DNA of 64,000 nucleotides, from assembly GCA_038087875.1 (NCBI GenBank), contig JAXLNO010000127.1, forward strand, positions 1 through 64,000, in the 5' to 3' direction. This document shows, piece after piece, positions 39,266 to 52,741 of this stretch. The number at the start of each line of letters is the position of its first letter. The stretch's first letter is position 1. Position numbers and translations under genes: made by a program. This stretch comes from Malacoraja senta. Taxonomy: Eukaryota. Under the pieces are notes generated by a model. That model did no database searches, was not told the origin of the DNA, and saw nothing but the letters and a program-made list of their open reading frames with translations.

Positions 39266-40123
39266 TGCACACAATCCCCAGGCAGAAAGAGCAGTGAGAC
39301 TTGCAGCTTTGTGGATGTGGTTGGGAGGTGTTGGCCAGAGCTGCCACCCAGGGACAAGGCAGCGTTTACACCTGAGAGGTGTCGCACACACACACACACA
39401 CTCACTCAGGCCCAAGGTGGGATTTGACCTTCCTGCAGCCCGTAAGTGTTGTTGCTGGAACGACTTGAACCCGAGCTGTCACTGGAGAAATGTTGATCAA
39501 AGCTTTCCCATGGCCAGTGGTGAGCAGAGATGAAAGGCAGAGGAGTGCTGGAAATGTGGGTGGGAGGAAGGAGCAGCAGGGGAAATAGCCTTTCAGCCCA
39601 CAATGTCAATGTGGAACATAATGCAAGGATGACTAATCTTGCTTGCCTGCACACAATCCATATCCCGCCATTCCCTGCATATCCATACGACTATCAAATG
39701 CCTCTATCGTATCTGCTTCCACCGCCTATCCTGGCAGAGCCTGTTCCAGGCATCCACCTGGTATAAAAAAATCTATCACTTTTATACTTTATCTCTCTCA
39801 TCGTAAAGCTATAACCTCTGGTCTTTGACATTTCCACCCTGGGAAGAAAGAAGTTGAGGGGAAAATAGAGGAGAGATGTGAGATAAGTGGAGGAGAAGGG
39901 ATGGGCTGCTGTGTGGGTTGGGGCAGAGTGAATGGGGTGGAGAGTTGGGGGTTGAGATGGGGTTGCAGGATGGAGAGTTTGCATGTGTTGGCTGCAGTTG
40001 GCCTGCATTAGGTTGGAGGTGTCCCCCTCCATGCTGTGGAACTTGGCCTTGACAATAAATGTGCAGTGCACGGTCTCATTGAAGGGCGGCGATGGCTATA
40101 TTCTGGGTCAAGTTGATATGGAC

Positions 40124-40435
40124 TTTAGTTTAGAGATACAGCGCGGGAACAGGCCTTTTGGCCCACCGGGTCCACACCGACCAGCGATCCCCGCACACTA
40201 ACACCATCCCACACACACTAGGGACAATTTTACATTAATTTTACATTAATACTAAGCCAATTAATCTACAATCCTGTACATCTTTGGAGTGTGGGAGGAA
40301 ACCGAAGATCTCGGAGAAAACCCATACAGGTCACGGGGAGAATGTACAAACTTCATACAGGCAGCACCTGTAGTCAGGATCAAACTCGGATCTCTGGCGC
40401 TGTGAGGCAGCAACTCTACCACTGTGCCACCATAC
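40124..40435 (-). mobile_element. HE1-like V-SINE, full length
   Basis: Reverse-complement homolog of 38957-39265. Confidence 0.85.
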
Positions 40436-40467
40436 TGCCCAAGCTGACTGTCTTGCTCTGTTCCTAG

Positions 40468-40689
40468 GCTGGCCTGCAGGTGCATGTGCAGAGAATGGAG
40501 AAGGAGCTGGAGCTGCTGACCGCTGACTTCCGGACTTGGCTGGACTGGGGCGGTGGGCCGTCTGAAACCATACGCCTCCCTCCCCCACTGACACCAGCCC
40601 ACGTCATCAAGCTGCTGGGCAAGGTAACCCTTCAGAGACTGGATGAGCTTCGGAACATGCTGCCCTTCGAGTCGCTGGAGAGGGTGCAG
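40468..40689 (+). CDS. SUN2: SUN2-like coding exon 8 (AGLQVHVQRMEKELELLTADF...FESLERVQ)
   Basis: ttcctag acceptor, CAG|GTGAGT donor, phase 0/0. Coiled-coil similar to SUN2 RVHSLERRLEALAAEF. Confidence 0.85.
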
Positions 40690-41393
40690 GTGAGTGTCAA
40701 ATGCTGGCAGCTTGGCGTCTTCCTCCACCCCTGCCTGGCAGTGATGTGTAGAGTCTGTCCGTAGGGGGGTGAGCAGAGCCTTGATTGACACAGAAGGAAA
40801 TCCAGCTGTTAGTTAACCTGTTGCTTAACCTGCCTGGTAGTCATTGAGAGAGATGGCATGGAAACAGGCCCTGTGACCCACTGAGTCCACGCTGACCATC
40901 GATCACCCATTTGCACTAATCTAATCCATTTGTTATCTGGCAACTGAATAAGTTTACCACAACTAGAGAGCAGTCCTGAACAACGATCTACCTCATTGGT
41001 GATCCTTGGACTATCTTTAATTGGATTTTACTATCTTTACCTTGCACTGAACGGTATTCTCTTATCATGTATCTATACACTGTAAATGCCCCGATTGTAA
41101 TCATGTATTGCCTTTCTGCTGACTAGATAGCATGCCACAAAAGCTTTTCACTGTACACGTGACAATAAACTAAACTGAACTAAACTTTATTCTTTCCATA
41201 TTGTCTTCAATCCCCTCGCCCCCCAGATTATCCACTTGCCGACATGGAAGAGGCAATTTACAACGGCCAATTAACCTACGAATCTGCACACATTTGGTTT
41301 TCTCTCTCTGCAAAGGCTCTCGCTGTGTTGGACAGAGGTGGGCTGGGTGCGTGCCCCTGGTGAGACTGTAACCCTGCGTGTGTTTGCTTCCAG

Positions 41394-41471
41394 GCTGACA
41401 TCACCGCCATCCAGCAGAAGCATGAGGAGCGGACGGAGCCGGCACTGCGGGCAGTTGGTTGCAATACCAAG
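41394..41471 (+). CDS. SUN2: SUN2-like coding exon 9 (ADITAIQQKHEERTEPALRAVGCNTK)
   Basis: ttccag acceptor, AAG|GTGGGT donor, 26 codons. Parallels SUN2 EELSALRAEHQQDSEDLFKKIVRASQ. Confidence 0.8.
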
Positions 41472-41877
41472 GTGGGTGCGGGGAGAGAGAGCTGGTGCTG
41501 GTGTGGGAGAAGGGGTAGAGAGGGCACAGGGAGTCATGGTTCATAAGTGATAGGAACTGAATTAGGCCTTTCGGCTCATCAAGTCTACCCGGCCATTCAA
41601 TCAGGCTGATCCATCTCACCCTCTTAACCCCATTCCCCTGCCTTCTCTCCATTACCTCTGACACCCAAACTAATCAATAATCTATCTACCTCTTAAAAAG
41701 ATCCACAGCCTATTGTGGCAGTGAATTCCACAGATTCACCACATTCTGGTTAAAGAAATTCCTCATCTCCTTCATAAAGGAACGTCCTTTTATTCTGAGG
41801 TTAAGGCCTCTGGTCCTAGCAAGGCGAGCTTTCCTTCACATTCTGCCTGAAATGGTTGCTTTTAGTCTTTTTTAAAA

Positions 41878-42160
41878 TTAGTTTTAGCGATACAGCGTGG
41901 AAAGTCTGCGTCGACTAGCGATCCACACACACTACCACCATCGTGCACATACTAGGGACAATTTACAATTTTACTCAGCTATTTAGCCAACAAAACTGTA
42001 CGTCTTTGGAGTGTGGGTGGAAGCCGGAGCACCTGGAGAAAATCCACGCAGGTCACGGGGAGAACGTACAAACTCCGTACAGATAGCACCCGTAGTCGAA
42101 ATTGAACCTGGGCATCTGGTGCTGTGAGGCAGTAACTTTACCGCTGCACCACCGTGCTGC
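41878..42160 (-). mobile_element. HE1-like V-SINE
   Basis: Reverse-complement SINE core and boxes. Confidence 0.75.
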
Positions 42161-42635
42161 CCCTCAGCTGCCCTACCTCTCAGTCAGACCATTTATCTCG
42201 GCACCATTTAACGTCATACTCTCAATTCCGTAATATCAAGGCCAGTCACCTCGGTGTTGTACTGGTCTCAAGGACTGGTCTCTGTAACCACTTGGGCAGA
42301 GAATTCCCTGCATTTCCCATCCTCTGGGTGTTAAGCTGCTACAGTTCAGTGAAGTTTGCTTTATATTGAATGGTGGATTCTGCGGGCAATTGATGGGAGT
42401 TTGTGAGGAACTAGTTTCAAGGAACATTCGTGAAGGACTGGGATTCTCTGAGAGCTGGCATTGATTTGATGGGCTGAAATGGCATATGTCATCAGGGAAT
42501 ATGAAGTATGGAAAAGTGACTTCTGCTTTACATATTTGTAAATTTGATGTGTATGTTGTGAAAAAAGTAGCTGCGAGTAGAATTAAAAAGCCTCCGAACT
42601 TGAAAATAAACTTTTTTTTAAATTTCTATTCCTAG

Positions 42636-42679
42636 ATGTTGTTGCAGAAGGTGAAGGAAATGGAATCTGCTGTGGAAAG
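42636..42679 (+). CDS. SUN2: SUN2-like coding exon 10 (MLLQKVKEMESAVE)
   Basis: T-rich ttcctag acceptor, AG|GTACAG donor; phase 0/2 is required by the neighbours. Confidence 0.75.
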
Positions 42680-43168
42680 GTACAGAGTGTTTCCAGCCAG
42701 GAGTGGAGCAGCAGAAGACCCGGGGTGGGTGGGGGGGGGGGGGGGGGGGGGGGGCGGCGGCGGTTGCTGCGTGAAACACGTCAACATCGTTTTTAGTTTA
42801 GAGGTACAGCGTGGAAACAAGCCCTTTGGCCCACTGAGTCCGCGCAGACCAACGATCACTCTTGAGTCAGTATTGAACCCAGGTCTCTCGCGCTGTAAGG
42901 CCGTAGCTCTACTGCTGCACCACCGTTCCGCCTCTGCTCCTGCACTCTGATGGCTTGCTTTGTCCTGTATAGGACAGGTTTTGTCTGGGCCACAGCCAGA
43001 CATAAAAACAGTATTTTTCCACGAGCAGTAGCTCTACTCAACAGCCAAAAGTCTGCAGGCTCTTTTTACTCTGGTACTTTATTTCCACGTGTTTAAATTA
43101 TAATGTTTTATTTTTAATTGTCTACTGTATATCTTGTTTTTATCCATGCAAGGAAAGCACCAAGGCAA

Positions 43169-43628
43169 GTTCAGATTCAGATTCAACTTTATTGTCATTG
43201 TGCAGTGTACAGTACAGAGACAACGAAATGCAGTTAGCATCTCCCTAGAAGAGCGACATAAATATGAGCAGTAAATAAATAAATCTAATAAATCCTGGTG
43301 GGAGGAGTGTCCGGGGGGGGGGGGGGGCGGTGATTGGCAGTCACCGAGGTACAGTGTTGAGTAGTGTAACCGCCGCAGGGAAGAAGCTGTTCCTGGACCT
43401 GCTGGTCCGGCAACGGAGAGACCTGTAGCGCCTCCCGGATGGTAGGAGGGTAAACAGTCTGTGGTTGGGGTGAGAGCAGTCCTTGGCGATGCTGAGCGCC
43501 CTTCGCAGACAACGCTTGCTTTGGACAGACTCAATGGTGGGGAGTGAGGAACCGGTGATGCGTTGGGCAATTTTCACCACCCTCTGCAGTGCTTTCCGGT
43601 CGGAGACAGAGCAGTTGCCATACCATAC
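43169..43628 (-). mobile_element. Rex1/Babar-like 3' end nested in another Rex-like 3' end (about 42990-43660, +)
   Basis: ORF 43341-43646 reads VWYGNCSVSDRKALQRVVK...NSFFPAAVTLLN; homologous to 24050-24449. Confidence 0.8.
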
Positions 43629-43685
43629 TTCCTTGTATGTATACATACTTGGCTAATAAAATTATATTTATTATTATTATTATAG

Positions 43686-43842
43686 GTTGACAGATGAACA
43701 GAAGCAGCTACTGACTGCACAGGCGCTGCTGGAGGAGCAGTTCAGCCAGATGCGGCTGGAGCTGCAGTTTGCACTTGCGGCACAGAAGGACACGGACTCC
43801 AACATGCGAGCATTGGAAAGCAGTGTTAAAAGTATAACTGAT
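43686..43842 (+). CDS. SUN2: SUN2-like coding exon 11 (RLTDEQKQLLTAQALLEEQFSQMRLELQ...VKSITD)
   Basis: tatag acceptor, GTAAGT donor, phase 2/0; open frame with heptad coiled-coil pattern. Confidence 0.85.
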
Positions 43843-44746
43843 GTAAGTTTTCCCAAATAGTTTTTATTTAACTGTCAAAGGCCAAAACTTAGCACTTCTC
43901 CTGCCTTGGAGACGATCAAAGAGATTGAGGTGAAGTGGAAAGTGTGGAAAGTATCTTGCCCTCTTCCCTCCCCTTCTCCAACACTCAACTCTCACTCTCT
44001 CCCTCCCTCCCACTCTACTGCGTTCTTCCCTTTCTCTCACTGTCTCTCCTTTTCACCCTCTGCTCCTTTCCCTGTGTTCACACTTTGGTCTCCTCTACAT
44101 TGGAGAAACCAGGCGTTGGGTTTCTACTTTGCGGAGCACCTGTGTTCGATCCATGAGGCACTCCTGAGCTTCCTGTTATCTCATTCTGACTCTTGGATGT
44201 GGGAGTGACCGAACAGTCTGTGACTTCCTGCGCTGTTGCAATGAGGCTCAAGTAATCTTGAGGAAAGGCATCTCATCTTCCATTTGGGCTCATGGCAGTC
44301 CTCTGGGCTCGAACTAAATTTGATAATCTTGGGTGACTTGATTCCTCTGTTAGTATCAGTTGTCCATTTGTGATAATAGGCTTGGCTTGTTTTTAAAATA
44401 TCCAATAGTGGAGGGCATGTGCATGCTGACCTGCCAGACATGTCTTGTCTGAAAAGCGTCTCCACCTGAAACATCACCCATTCCTTCTCTCCAGAGATGC
44501 AGCCTGTCCCGTTGTCTATCTTCGGTTTAATCCAACATCTGCCGTTCCTTCCTAGACATCTCTTCTTGCTCTGCATTTTACAACTCCTCCGATCTTTTGT
44601 ATATTTTTCTTATCACCTAACCGCTCCTATTCACTCCTTGACCAGTGCTTGCAGCTTATCGCCATGGTCACCTGGTTTTACACTATCAGAGCAATCCACC
44701 CACCTGTGCAGCTTTACAAGTTTATTTTGTCGCCTCCCCAGTTCTG

Positions 44747-47295
44747 ACATAGAAACATAGAAAATAGGTGCAGGAGTAGGCCATTCGGCCCTTCGAGCCT
44801 GCACCGCCATTCAATATGATCATGGTTGATCATCCAACTCAGTATCCCGTACCTGCCTTCTCTCCATACCCCCTGATCCCCTTAGCCACAAGGGCCACAT
44901 CTAACTCCCTCTTAAATATAGCCAATGAACTGGCCTCAACTACCTTCTGTGGCAGAGAGTTCCAGAGATTCACCACTCTCTGTGTGAAAAAAGGTTTTCT
45001 CATCTCGGTCCAAAAGGATTTCCCCTCTATCCTTAAGCTGTGACCCCTTGTCCTGGACTTCCCCAACATCGGGAACAATCTTCCTGCATCTAACCTGTCC
45101 AACCCCTTGAGAATTTTGTACGTTTCTATAAGATCCCCCCTCAATCTCCTAAATTCTAGCGAGTACAAGCCGAGTCTATCCAGTCTTTCTTCATATGAAA
45201 GTCCTGACATCCCAGGAATCAGTCTGGTGAACCTTCTCTGCAATCCCTCTATGGCAATAATGTCTTTCCTCAGATTTGGAGACCAAAACTGTACGCAATA
45301 CTCCAGGTGTGGTCTCACCAAGACCCTGTACAACTGCAGTAGAACCTCCCTGCTCCTATAGTCAAATCCTTTTGCTATGAATGCTAACATACCATTCGCT
45401 TTCTTCACTGCCTGCTGCACCTGCATGCCTACTTTCAATGACTGGTGTACCATGACACCCAGGTCTCGTTGGATCTCCCCTTTTCCTAATCGGCCACCAT
45501 TTAGATAATAGTCTGCTTTCCTGTTTTTGCCACCAAAGTGGATAACCTCACATTTATCCACATTATACTGCATCTGCCATGCATTTGCCCACTCACCCAG
45601 TGTCATCCGCAAACTTGGAGATGTTGCATTCACTTCCCTCGTCCAAATCATTAATATATATTGTAAATAGCTGGGGTCCCAGCACTGAGCCTTGCGGTAC
45701 CCCACTAGTCACTGCCTGCCATTCTGAAAAGGATCCGTTTACTCCTACTCTTTGCTTCCTGTTTGCCAGCCAGTTCTCTATCCACATCAATACTGAACCC
45801 CCAATACCGTGTGCTTTAAGTTTGTATACTAATCTCTTATGTGGGACCTTGTCGAAAGCCTTCTGAAAGTCCAGATATAACACATCCACTGGTTCTCCCC
45901 TATCCACTCTACTAGTTACATCCTCGAAAAATTCTATAAGATTCGTCAGACATGATTTACCTTTCGTAAATCCATGCTGACTTTGTCCAATGATTTCACC
46001 ACTTTTCAAATGTGCTGCTATCCCATCTTTAATAACTGACTACCAATGTTAGACTAACTGGCCTGTAATTCCCCGTTTTCTCTCTCCCTCCCTTTTTAAA
46101 AAGTGGGGTTACATTAGCTACCCTCCAATCCTCAGGAACTACTCCAGAATCTAAAGAGTTTTGAAAAATTATCAATAATGCATCCACTATTTCTGGAGCT
46201 ATTTCCTTAAGTACTCTGGGATGCAGCCTATCTGGCCCTGGGGATTTATCGGCCTTTAATCCATTCAATTTACCTAACACCACTTCCAGGCTCACCAGGA
46301 TTTCACTCAGTTCCTCCATCTCCTTTGACCAAAGTTAAAACAAATGTAGGTCCCCTGCTATTTCCGGCATATTATTTATGTCTTCCTTAGTGAAGACGGG
46401 ACCAAAGTACTTATTCAATTGGTCCACCATGTCCTTGTTCCCCATGATCAATTCACCTGTTTCTGACTGCAAGGGACCTACATTTGTTTTAACTAATCTC
46501 TTTCTCTTCACATATCTATAAAAACTTTTGCAGTCAGTTTTAATGTTCCCTGCCAGTTCTTTCATAATCTATTTTCCCTTTCCTAATTAAGCCCTTTGTC
46601 CTCCTCTGCTGGTCTCTGAATTTCTCCCATTCCTCTTGTCGGCTGCTTTTTCTGGCTAATTTGTACGCTTCATCTTTTGCTTTGATGCTATCCCTGATTT
46701 CCCTTGTTATCCACGGATGCACTACCTTCCCTGATTTATTCTTTTGCCAAACTGGGATGAACAATTTTTGTAGTTCATCCATGCAGTCTTTAAATGCCTT
46801 CCATTGCATATCCACCGTCAACCCTTTAAGAATTAATCGCCAGTCAATCTTGGCCAATTCACGTCTCATACCCTCAAAGTTACCTTTCTTTAAGTTCAGA
46901 ACCCTTGTTTCTGAATTAACCATGTCACTCTCCATCCTAATGAAGAACTCAACCATATTATGGTCACTCTTGCCCAAGGGGCCACGTACAACAAGACTGT
47001 TAACTAACCCTTCCTCATTACTCAATACCCAGTCTAGAATAGCCTGCTCTCTCGTTGGTTCCTCCACATGTTGGTTTAGAAAACTATCCCGCAAACATTC
47101 CAAGAAATCCTCTTCCTCAGCACCCCTGCCAATTTGATTCACCCAATCTATATGTAGATTGAAGTCACCCATTATAACTGTTTTACCTTTGTTGCACGCA
47201 TTTCTAATTTCCTGTTTGATGCCATCCCCAACTGCACTACTACTGTTAGGTGGCCTGTACACAACACCCACTAGCGTTTTCTGCCCCTTAGTGTT
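44747..47295 (-). mobile_element. CR1 LINE, 5'-truncated ORF2
   Basis: ORFs 46540-47271 (endonuclease), 46029-46319, 45593-46009 and 44839-45705 (RT); ATAGAAAC tail. Confidence 0.95.
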
Positions 47296-49026
47296 TCGGC
47301 GAAGGGTCTTTGACTTAAAACATGAATTCTGTTTCTCTGGCTACAGATGCAGCCTGACCCGAGTGCTCCCAGCATTTTGTTTTTCAGATATATTCCATCA
47401 ACAGTTTTCATGCATTTATTCTAATTTTTTTTCCTATACAACTGCCACCTTTCAGTCCATGTTAGCACACTTCCTCCAATATCTTGGGCTCTTAATTTTT
47501 TTTGCAACAGCCTCATATGTGGTAAATGCCTTTTGGGGATCAAAATACACACTACATTTACAGGAGATAGACACAAAAAGGTGGAGTAACGCAGCGGGTC
47601 AGACAGCATCGCTGGAGAAAACAAATAGAAAATTCCTTTTCTCCAGAGATGCTATCTGACCCGCTAAGTTACTCCAGCTTATTGTGTCTATCTGGTTTAA
47701 ACCAGCATTTGCAGTTCCTTCCTACTACAATTACAGGTTTCGCTTATCAACTCCTTATCACATCCTGTCAAGTTTTGTCACACATGATTTTCATTAAACC
47801 ATGTCGGCTGCATTTGATTAGATTCAGCTTACCAAATGATTAGTTATTTCCTCTTGCGAACTATGGGTGCTGGATGAATTAGAATCATAGAGTGATACAG
47901 TGTGGAAACAGACCCTTCGGCCCAAGTCGCCCACACCCGCCAACTTGTCCCAGCTACACTAGTCCCACCTCCCTGCGTTTGGTCCATATACCTCCAAACC
48001 TGTCCTATCCATGTACCTGTCAATTGACCTATAGTTCCCAGCTTCTGTTTTACGTGCTGGGAGGCCAGGTGAATCTCACTCACAGCCTCTTCTACTGCTG
48101 GTCCAGGTGCCCAGTAAATGTAGGATCTGCTTCCAACAGCCATTCAGGCAGTGAATCCTTGGCCCAATGTACTAATTGCATCAAACCCTTGTGCCAAATG
48201 AATTACATTTCCAATTTTGTGTGGGAAAGATGGTTACCTTGTTTACTCTGAATGGACCAGTCAGAATATCATCACCACAGATAGACATCAGCGAGACAGG
48301 CAGCATCTCTGGGGTGGAGGAATGGATGACATTTCGGGATGAGATGTCTGAAGAAGGGTCTCAATCCGAAACATGATCCATTCCTTCTCTCCAGAGATGC
48401 TGCCTGTCCTGCTGAGTTACTCCAGCATTTTGTCTTTTTTTCTATAATATTATAACCACTCAAACAATCTACCTGCTGCAGTTCCTGGCGACTCGCTGCT
48501 TGCAACCTTTCTTCTCCAGTCCTGCCAATGTCGTAAACCTTTCTTGTGCCTCTAGTGCACTCCCATCAATCCTGTAGAGAGGCAACCAGAATCCACACAA
48601 TGTTACAGGTACTTCTGAGGTAAAGTTTTCCACAGTTCCAAGATGACTGTCCCACTACCTTCAATGACCCATGAACAAGCTCTCCAAAGATAGACACAAA
48701 ATGCTGGAGTAACTCAGCGGGACGGACAGCATCTCTGGAACATTAGATGCTGCCTGGTCCGCTGAGTAACTCCAGCATTTTGTGTCTATCTTCAGTGTAA
48801 ACCAGCATCTGCATTTCCTTCCTACACAACAATCTCTCCAAGATCTTTCTGTTCCCACCACGGTTCAGTATCCTTTCAGCTATAATGTATTTCCTTGCCT
48901 TGTCTCCCTCACCAAAGGATCAACAATTGTAAAATAATGTTTTTTTACGATGACAAAGATACTGCTGTGCATTGATTTAAATGTTTACAAGGAGGAGCAC
49001 TGACTATCCTGCTCTTGTGTGTTTAG

Positions 49027-49239
49027 AAGGAGACGGCGTTGCTCCCACTTGTCCACAAGCTGCTCTTCAGTTCATCAGAAGACAGCACAGGGGAACCTCT
49101 GACAGCACAGCTGGTGCATCGCCAGGAACTCGAGGCCCTCCTTGCTGGCTTGGAGAGTAAGATCCGCTCAGATGCTTCACTATATCCTGGTCTGGCAATG
49201 GAGGCACACTCGGTAGCTGTCAGAGCGGGGATTATTAAG
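49027..49239 (+). CDS. SUN2: SUN2-like coding exon 12 (KETALLPLVHKLL...RQELEALLAGLESKI...RAGIIK)
   Basis: gtttag acceptor (TAGAAG tandem), AAG|GTACAA donor, phase 0/0. Matches SUN2 REEMQAQLRELESKI. Confidence 0.85.
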
Positions 49240-49403
49240 GTACAAGCATGCAAGTAGCCCGTGGCTCTAACTCAGGAACAGACTATTGTATTTCAGAAAA
49301 GTAATTTATTCATAATATATACAGTTAATGAAATTGGGGCATGTCTTGTTCTATGTTCCATCAATTCAGCACTTTCGCTTGCAATGTGTCAATGAACACC
49401 ACA

Positions 49404-49562
49404 TCCTTAAACAGTGCTCCCATGAAGTGTCTGGGAGTCCCTCAGTGTCTAGTGATGGCTGGACCTTAGACCAAGGCCACCCTCCTCCTTAAACAGTGCT
49501 CCCCTGAAGTGTCTGAGAGTCCCTCAGTGTCTAGTGATGGCTGGACCTTAGACCAAGGCCAC
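49404..49562. repeat. Tandem duplication, period 82
   Basis: tccttaaacagtgctcc...gaccaaggccac at 49404-49480 and 49486-49562, 2 mismatches. Confidence 0.9.
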
Positions 49563-50112
49563 TCCCCCACAGCCTCTGCGGTGACTGCACTGACCTTCAG
49601 TGTGTCCCACACACCACATACTCTCGCACCCTGGAATGTGCCAGTCGGCAGCAATTCATTTACCGACATCTTATGCAGGAAGATCAATTTTTGGACAGAC
49701 CAAAGTGAGTCTTCCGCTGAGATAATGATCTTCCAGCAGCAGTTGACATTTATCTTGTTGTGTGTCCCTGTGAACAGCTCCTAGATCACTGATGCACAAC
49801 TGCTCAGGATGAACCATGACAAGAGCCCTTGCATTCTTCTTCTGACCTTCCTGTCAAACACCCAGTGCATAAGGAGGTGAATGTTGTCCACACCACAACC
49901 ATCTCAATGGCAGCGTGCAGTGGGGTGCTTTTCTGACCGAGCAGGCAGGGTCTGACTGGGAAGGCTCCTCACACTACTGTTGGTGAGTTCCTCTGTCTGA
50001 TTGGGGAGCCATCTGATGGGATCCATCGAGTCCTTCTCCCACAGTGCCTGTAGCTCGTTCTACGTTGATCACTTGTGGTCAAAGGTAGTTTTCTTCAGGA
50101 ACCTTTCTGTGA
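49563..50112 (-). mobile_element. Old Tx1-like LINE 3' remnant
   Basis: Minus-strand fragments ERFLKKTTFDHK, LQALWEKDSMDP and LFTGTHNKINVNCCWK resemble the Tx1 ORF2 C-terminus. Confidence 0.55.
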
Positions 50113-50500
50113 AGGACAGATAGTAAGGCATTGTCAAACTGAATGGAACATTGCATAAGACTATATCGGCCAACATGTCCCAGCTACACTAGTCCCACCT
50201 GCCTGCGTTTGCCCCATATCCCTCCAAACCTGTCCTATCCATGTCAATGTACTTTAATAATTATTGACCTGATCACATAATCTTGCTGCCTTCTATGCAG
50301 TATACTTGGGCTCTCCATTGCTCACTTATAGTAGACCTTGCTAATTCCAGATTATGGGAATGGATAAGAGTGCACATTTTGTGGGAACTGTTGAAGGGAG
50401 CATTGCACGCCTGGTTTATGTATGTGTGTGGGCTCTGCACTCTATTGCACTCTACTGCCCCCTTCTTATCCGAGGTTATTGTTCTTTTTTCCTTTGGTAG

Positions 50501-50585
50501 GAAGTGGAAAGCATTGTGGAGCAAGCCCTGAAACTGTACAGCGCTGACAGGGTTGGATTGGTGGATTATGCACTGGAATCTGCTG
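50501..50585 (+). CDS. SUN2: SUN2-like coding exon 13 (EVESIVEQALKLYSADRVGLVDYALESA)
   Basis: Hallmark helix leading into the SUN domain (cf. QVHHIVKQALQRYSEDRIGLADYALESG); ttggtag acceptor, G|GTAAGT donor. Confidence 0.97.
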
Positions 50586-52741
50586 GTAAGTATCAGACAA
50601 AAGCCCGGGCAAAGTAAAACTGTGAATGTAACAGACTGAAAGGGTGTTGTGTGGGCTGGCACTTTAGTCATGTTTGACTTGCTACCAAGGAATGGGGTGC
50701 TCTTTCACACGGGGCGATATGTCCTGAATAGGCAAGTACAAATCTATGTTCACAGTACAGGTTTCCCCAGAGCTGCTGAGGTTCACACTGCTGAATGTTA
50801 ATTTAACTTGTAACTGCTTGATGTTGCGCCAGCCACAACTCATTTAAAGGCTGAGCCATCGGTTGGATGGCATTGCCCTGGGGCAGCATCGGCCATCTTC
50901 ATTCTGTCTACTGCTCCACCATCCCTGCAAACACATTGGTTAATCTCTTGTGCACTCTCTCCAAAGCTTCGTGCCTTTCTGAGGGCCAGGCAGCTGTGGC
51001 CAAGCCGTGTTTTAAAGTTCCCCATCACTTCTTTGCTCTTGTACACTGAGCCGTTATTTATAAAGCACAGGAGTTTTTAAACAACATCCTAAACTTCCTT
51101 CTTTCAGTAAACAAGGCACATATATCACCCACGTGTGTAAGAAGGATGTGAAGGTCTGATGAAGCGTCTCAACCCGAAACATCACCCATTCCAGAGACAC
51201 TGTTGTTTCTTCACTCCTTTTAGAATTGTGCCCACTAGTTTACATTGCCTTATTCCTCCTCCCAAAATGAAATATTTCACATTTGAATTAGAGCTGTAAC
51301 CAGCCTGTTCAAACCCTATTCTGTATTTGCCTCGAATACCATTAATATCCCCAGCTCACAGTATCATCTGCAAATCTGGAACTCCGTCATTTAATGCGTA
51401 TGAAGAAAAGGTGGATCTTATTCTGCCCTCTGGCCAATTTTACAACTTACAATTAACCTACAAACCTATACATCTTTGGAGTGTGGGAGGAAACCGGAGA
51501 AAACCCATGCGGTCACAGGTAGAATGTACAAACTCCGTACAGACAGCACCCGTAGTCAGGATCAAACCCAAATCTCTGGTGTTGTCAGGCAGGAGATCTA
51601 CCGATCTGTCACTGTGCTGCCCTGTGCTGTGCTCTTCTGTTGGTTAGCCAGTTTTATTCCTTGAAGCAAAGTTTAAGTTGCAGAGAAAGTGAGAACAAAA
51701 TAGATAGACTGGAGACCAGGAGACATTTGAGATGAACGTCGATACCAGCTGGATCGGTGGAGATGCAACTAGTGGCAGACAAATGAAATCTTAAACACCT
51801 GTGGAAGTGCAAGAAAAGAAGACAAGCTCATGGTTTGAAATGTGGATAGAAGCTTGGGTCTTCTCAAGCTAACGTTGGATTTAATTGGAATTGTGTAGAA
51901 AGCTGAAGATCTGTTTTAGGTTTTAGCCATCTGCAGAATGACCAGGATACTGCCTGGATTAGACAGAATGCTAGAATAGAATATTAGCTATAAGGGGAGG
52001 TTGGACAAACAGAATGTTTTTGCTGGAATGTCAGAGGCTGAGACGAGACGATAGAAGTATATAAAATTATGAGAGATATATAGATGGAGTAGGCAGTCTT
52101 TTCCCCAGGGTGGAAATGTCAAATACGTGAGGGCATCGAGTTAAGGTGAGAGGGGGAGATGTTTAAAGGAGATGTGTGAGGCAAGTTTTTCTTGCACAGC
52201 TGTAGGTGTGCTGTCAGGGGAGGTGGTAGAAGCAGATACAATAGTAATCTTTAAAAAGCATTTGGACAGATACATGTACAGACAGGGAGTAGAGGGATGC
52301 AGACCATGTCCAGTCAGATGGGATAGGTTTGGCTGACATCATGGTCGGTGCAGACACAGTGGGCCAAAAGGGCCTGTTCCTGCGATGTAAATATATGTTC
52401 TACAATATATGAAAAATATATGTTCTACAATATAAATTGTCCTTTCTGGTTAGTCTCTAAACTAGGTCAGATGTAATGCTATATGGCTTTATAGAATTGA
52501 GAAAAATAACCTATGCAGACAGCAGTCATTTGTTGCACATGTTCCCAGCTAACTGCCCACAAATAACAATATTTTTATACCTTGGTCAGCTGGTAGAAGT
52601 TTTGCTTCCATTTTATGTTACAGTAATCTTTCTCATTGTACTTAATTTTTTGCAAAAAGCTCCTTGTTTATTATAGTTGTATTGAATGGAAAAATGATGA
52701 GAGCAAGTAAATGGTTAAGATTTGGGAGGGTACTTATCCAC

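Noticed and set aside
49404..49562. Repeat-spacer-like or CRISPR-like arrangement
   Set aside because: It is a simple two-copy tandem duplication in eukaryotic DNA, with no spacers or cas genes. Dispersed hammerhead-like repeats are TE copies, not an array.
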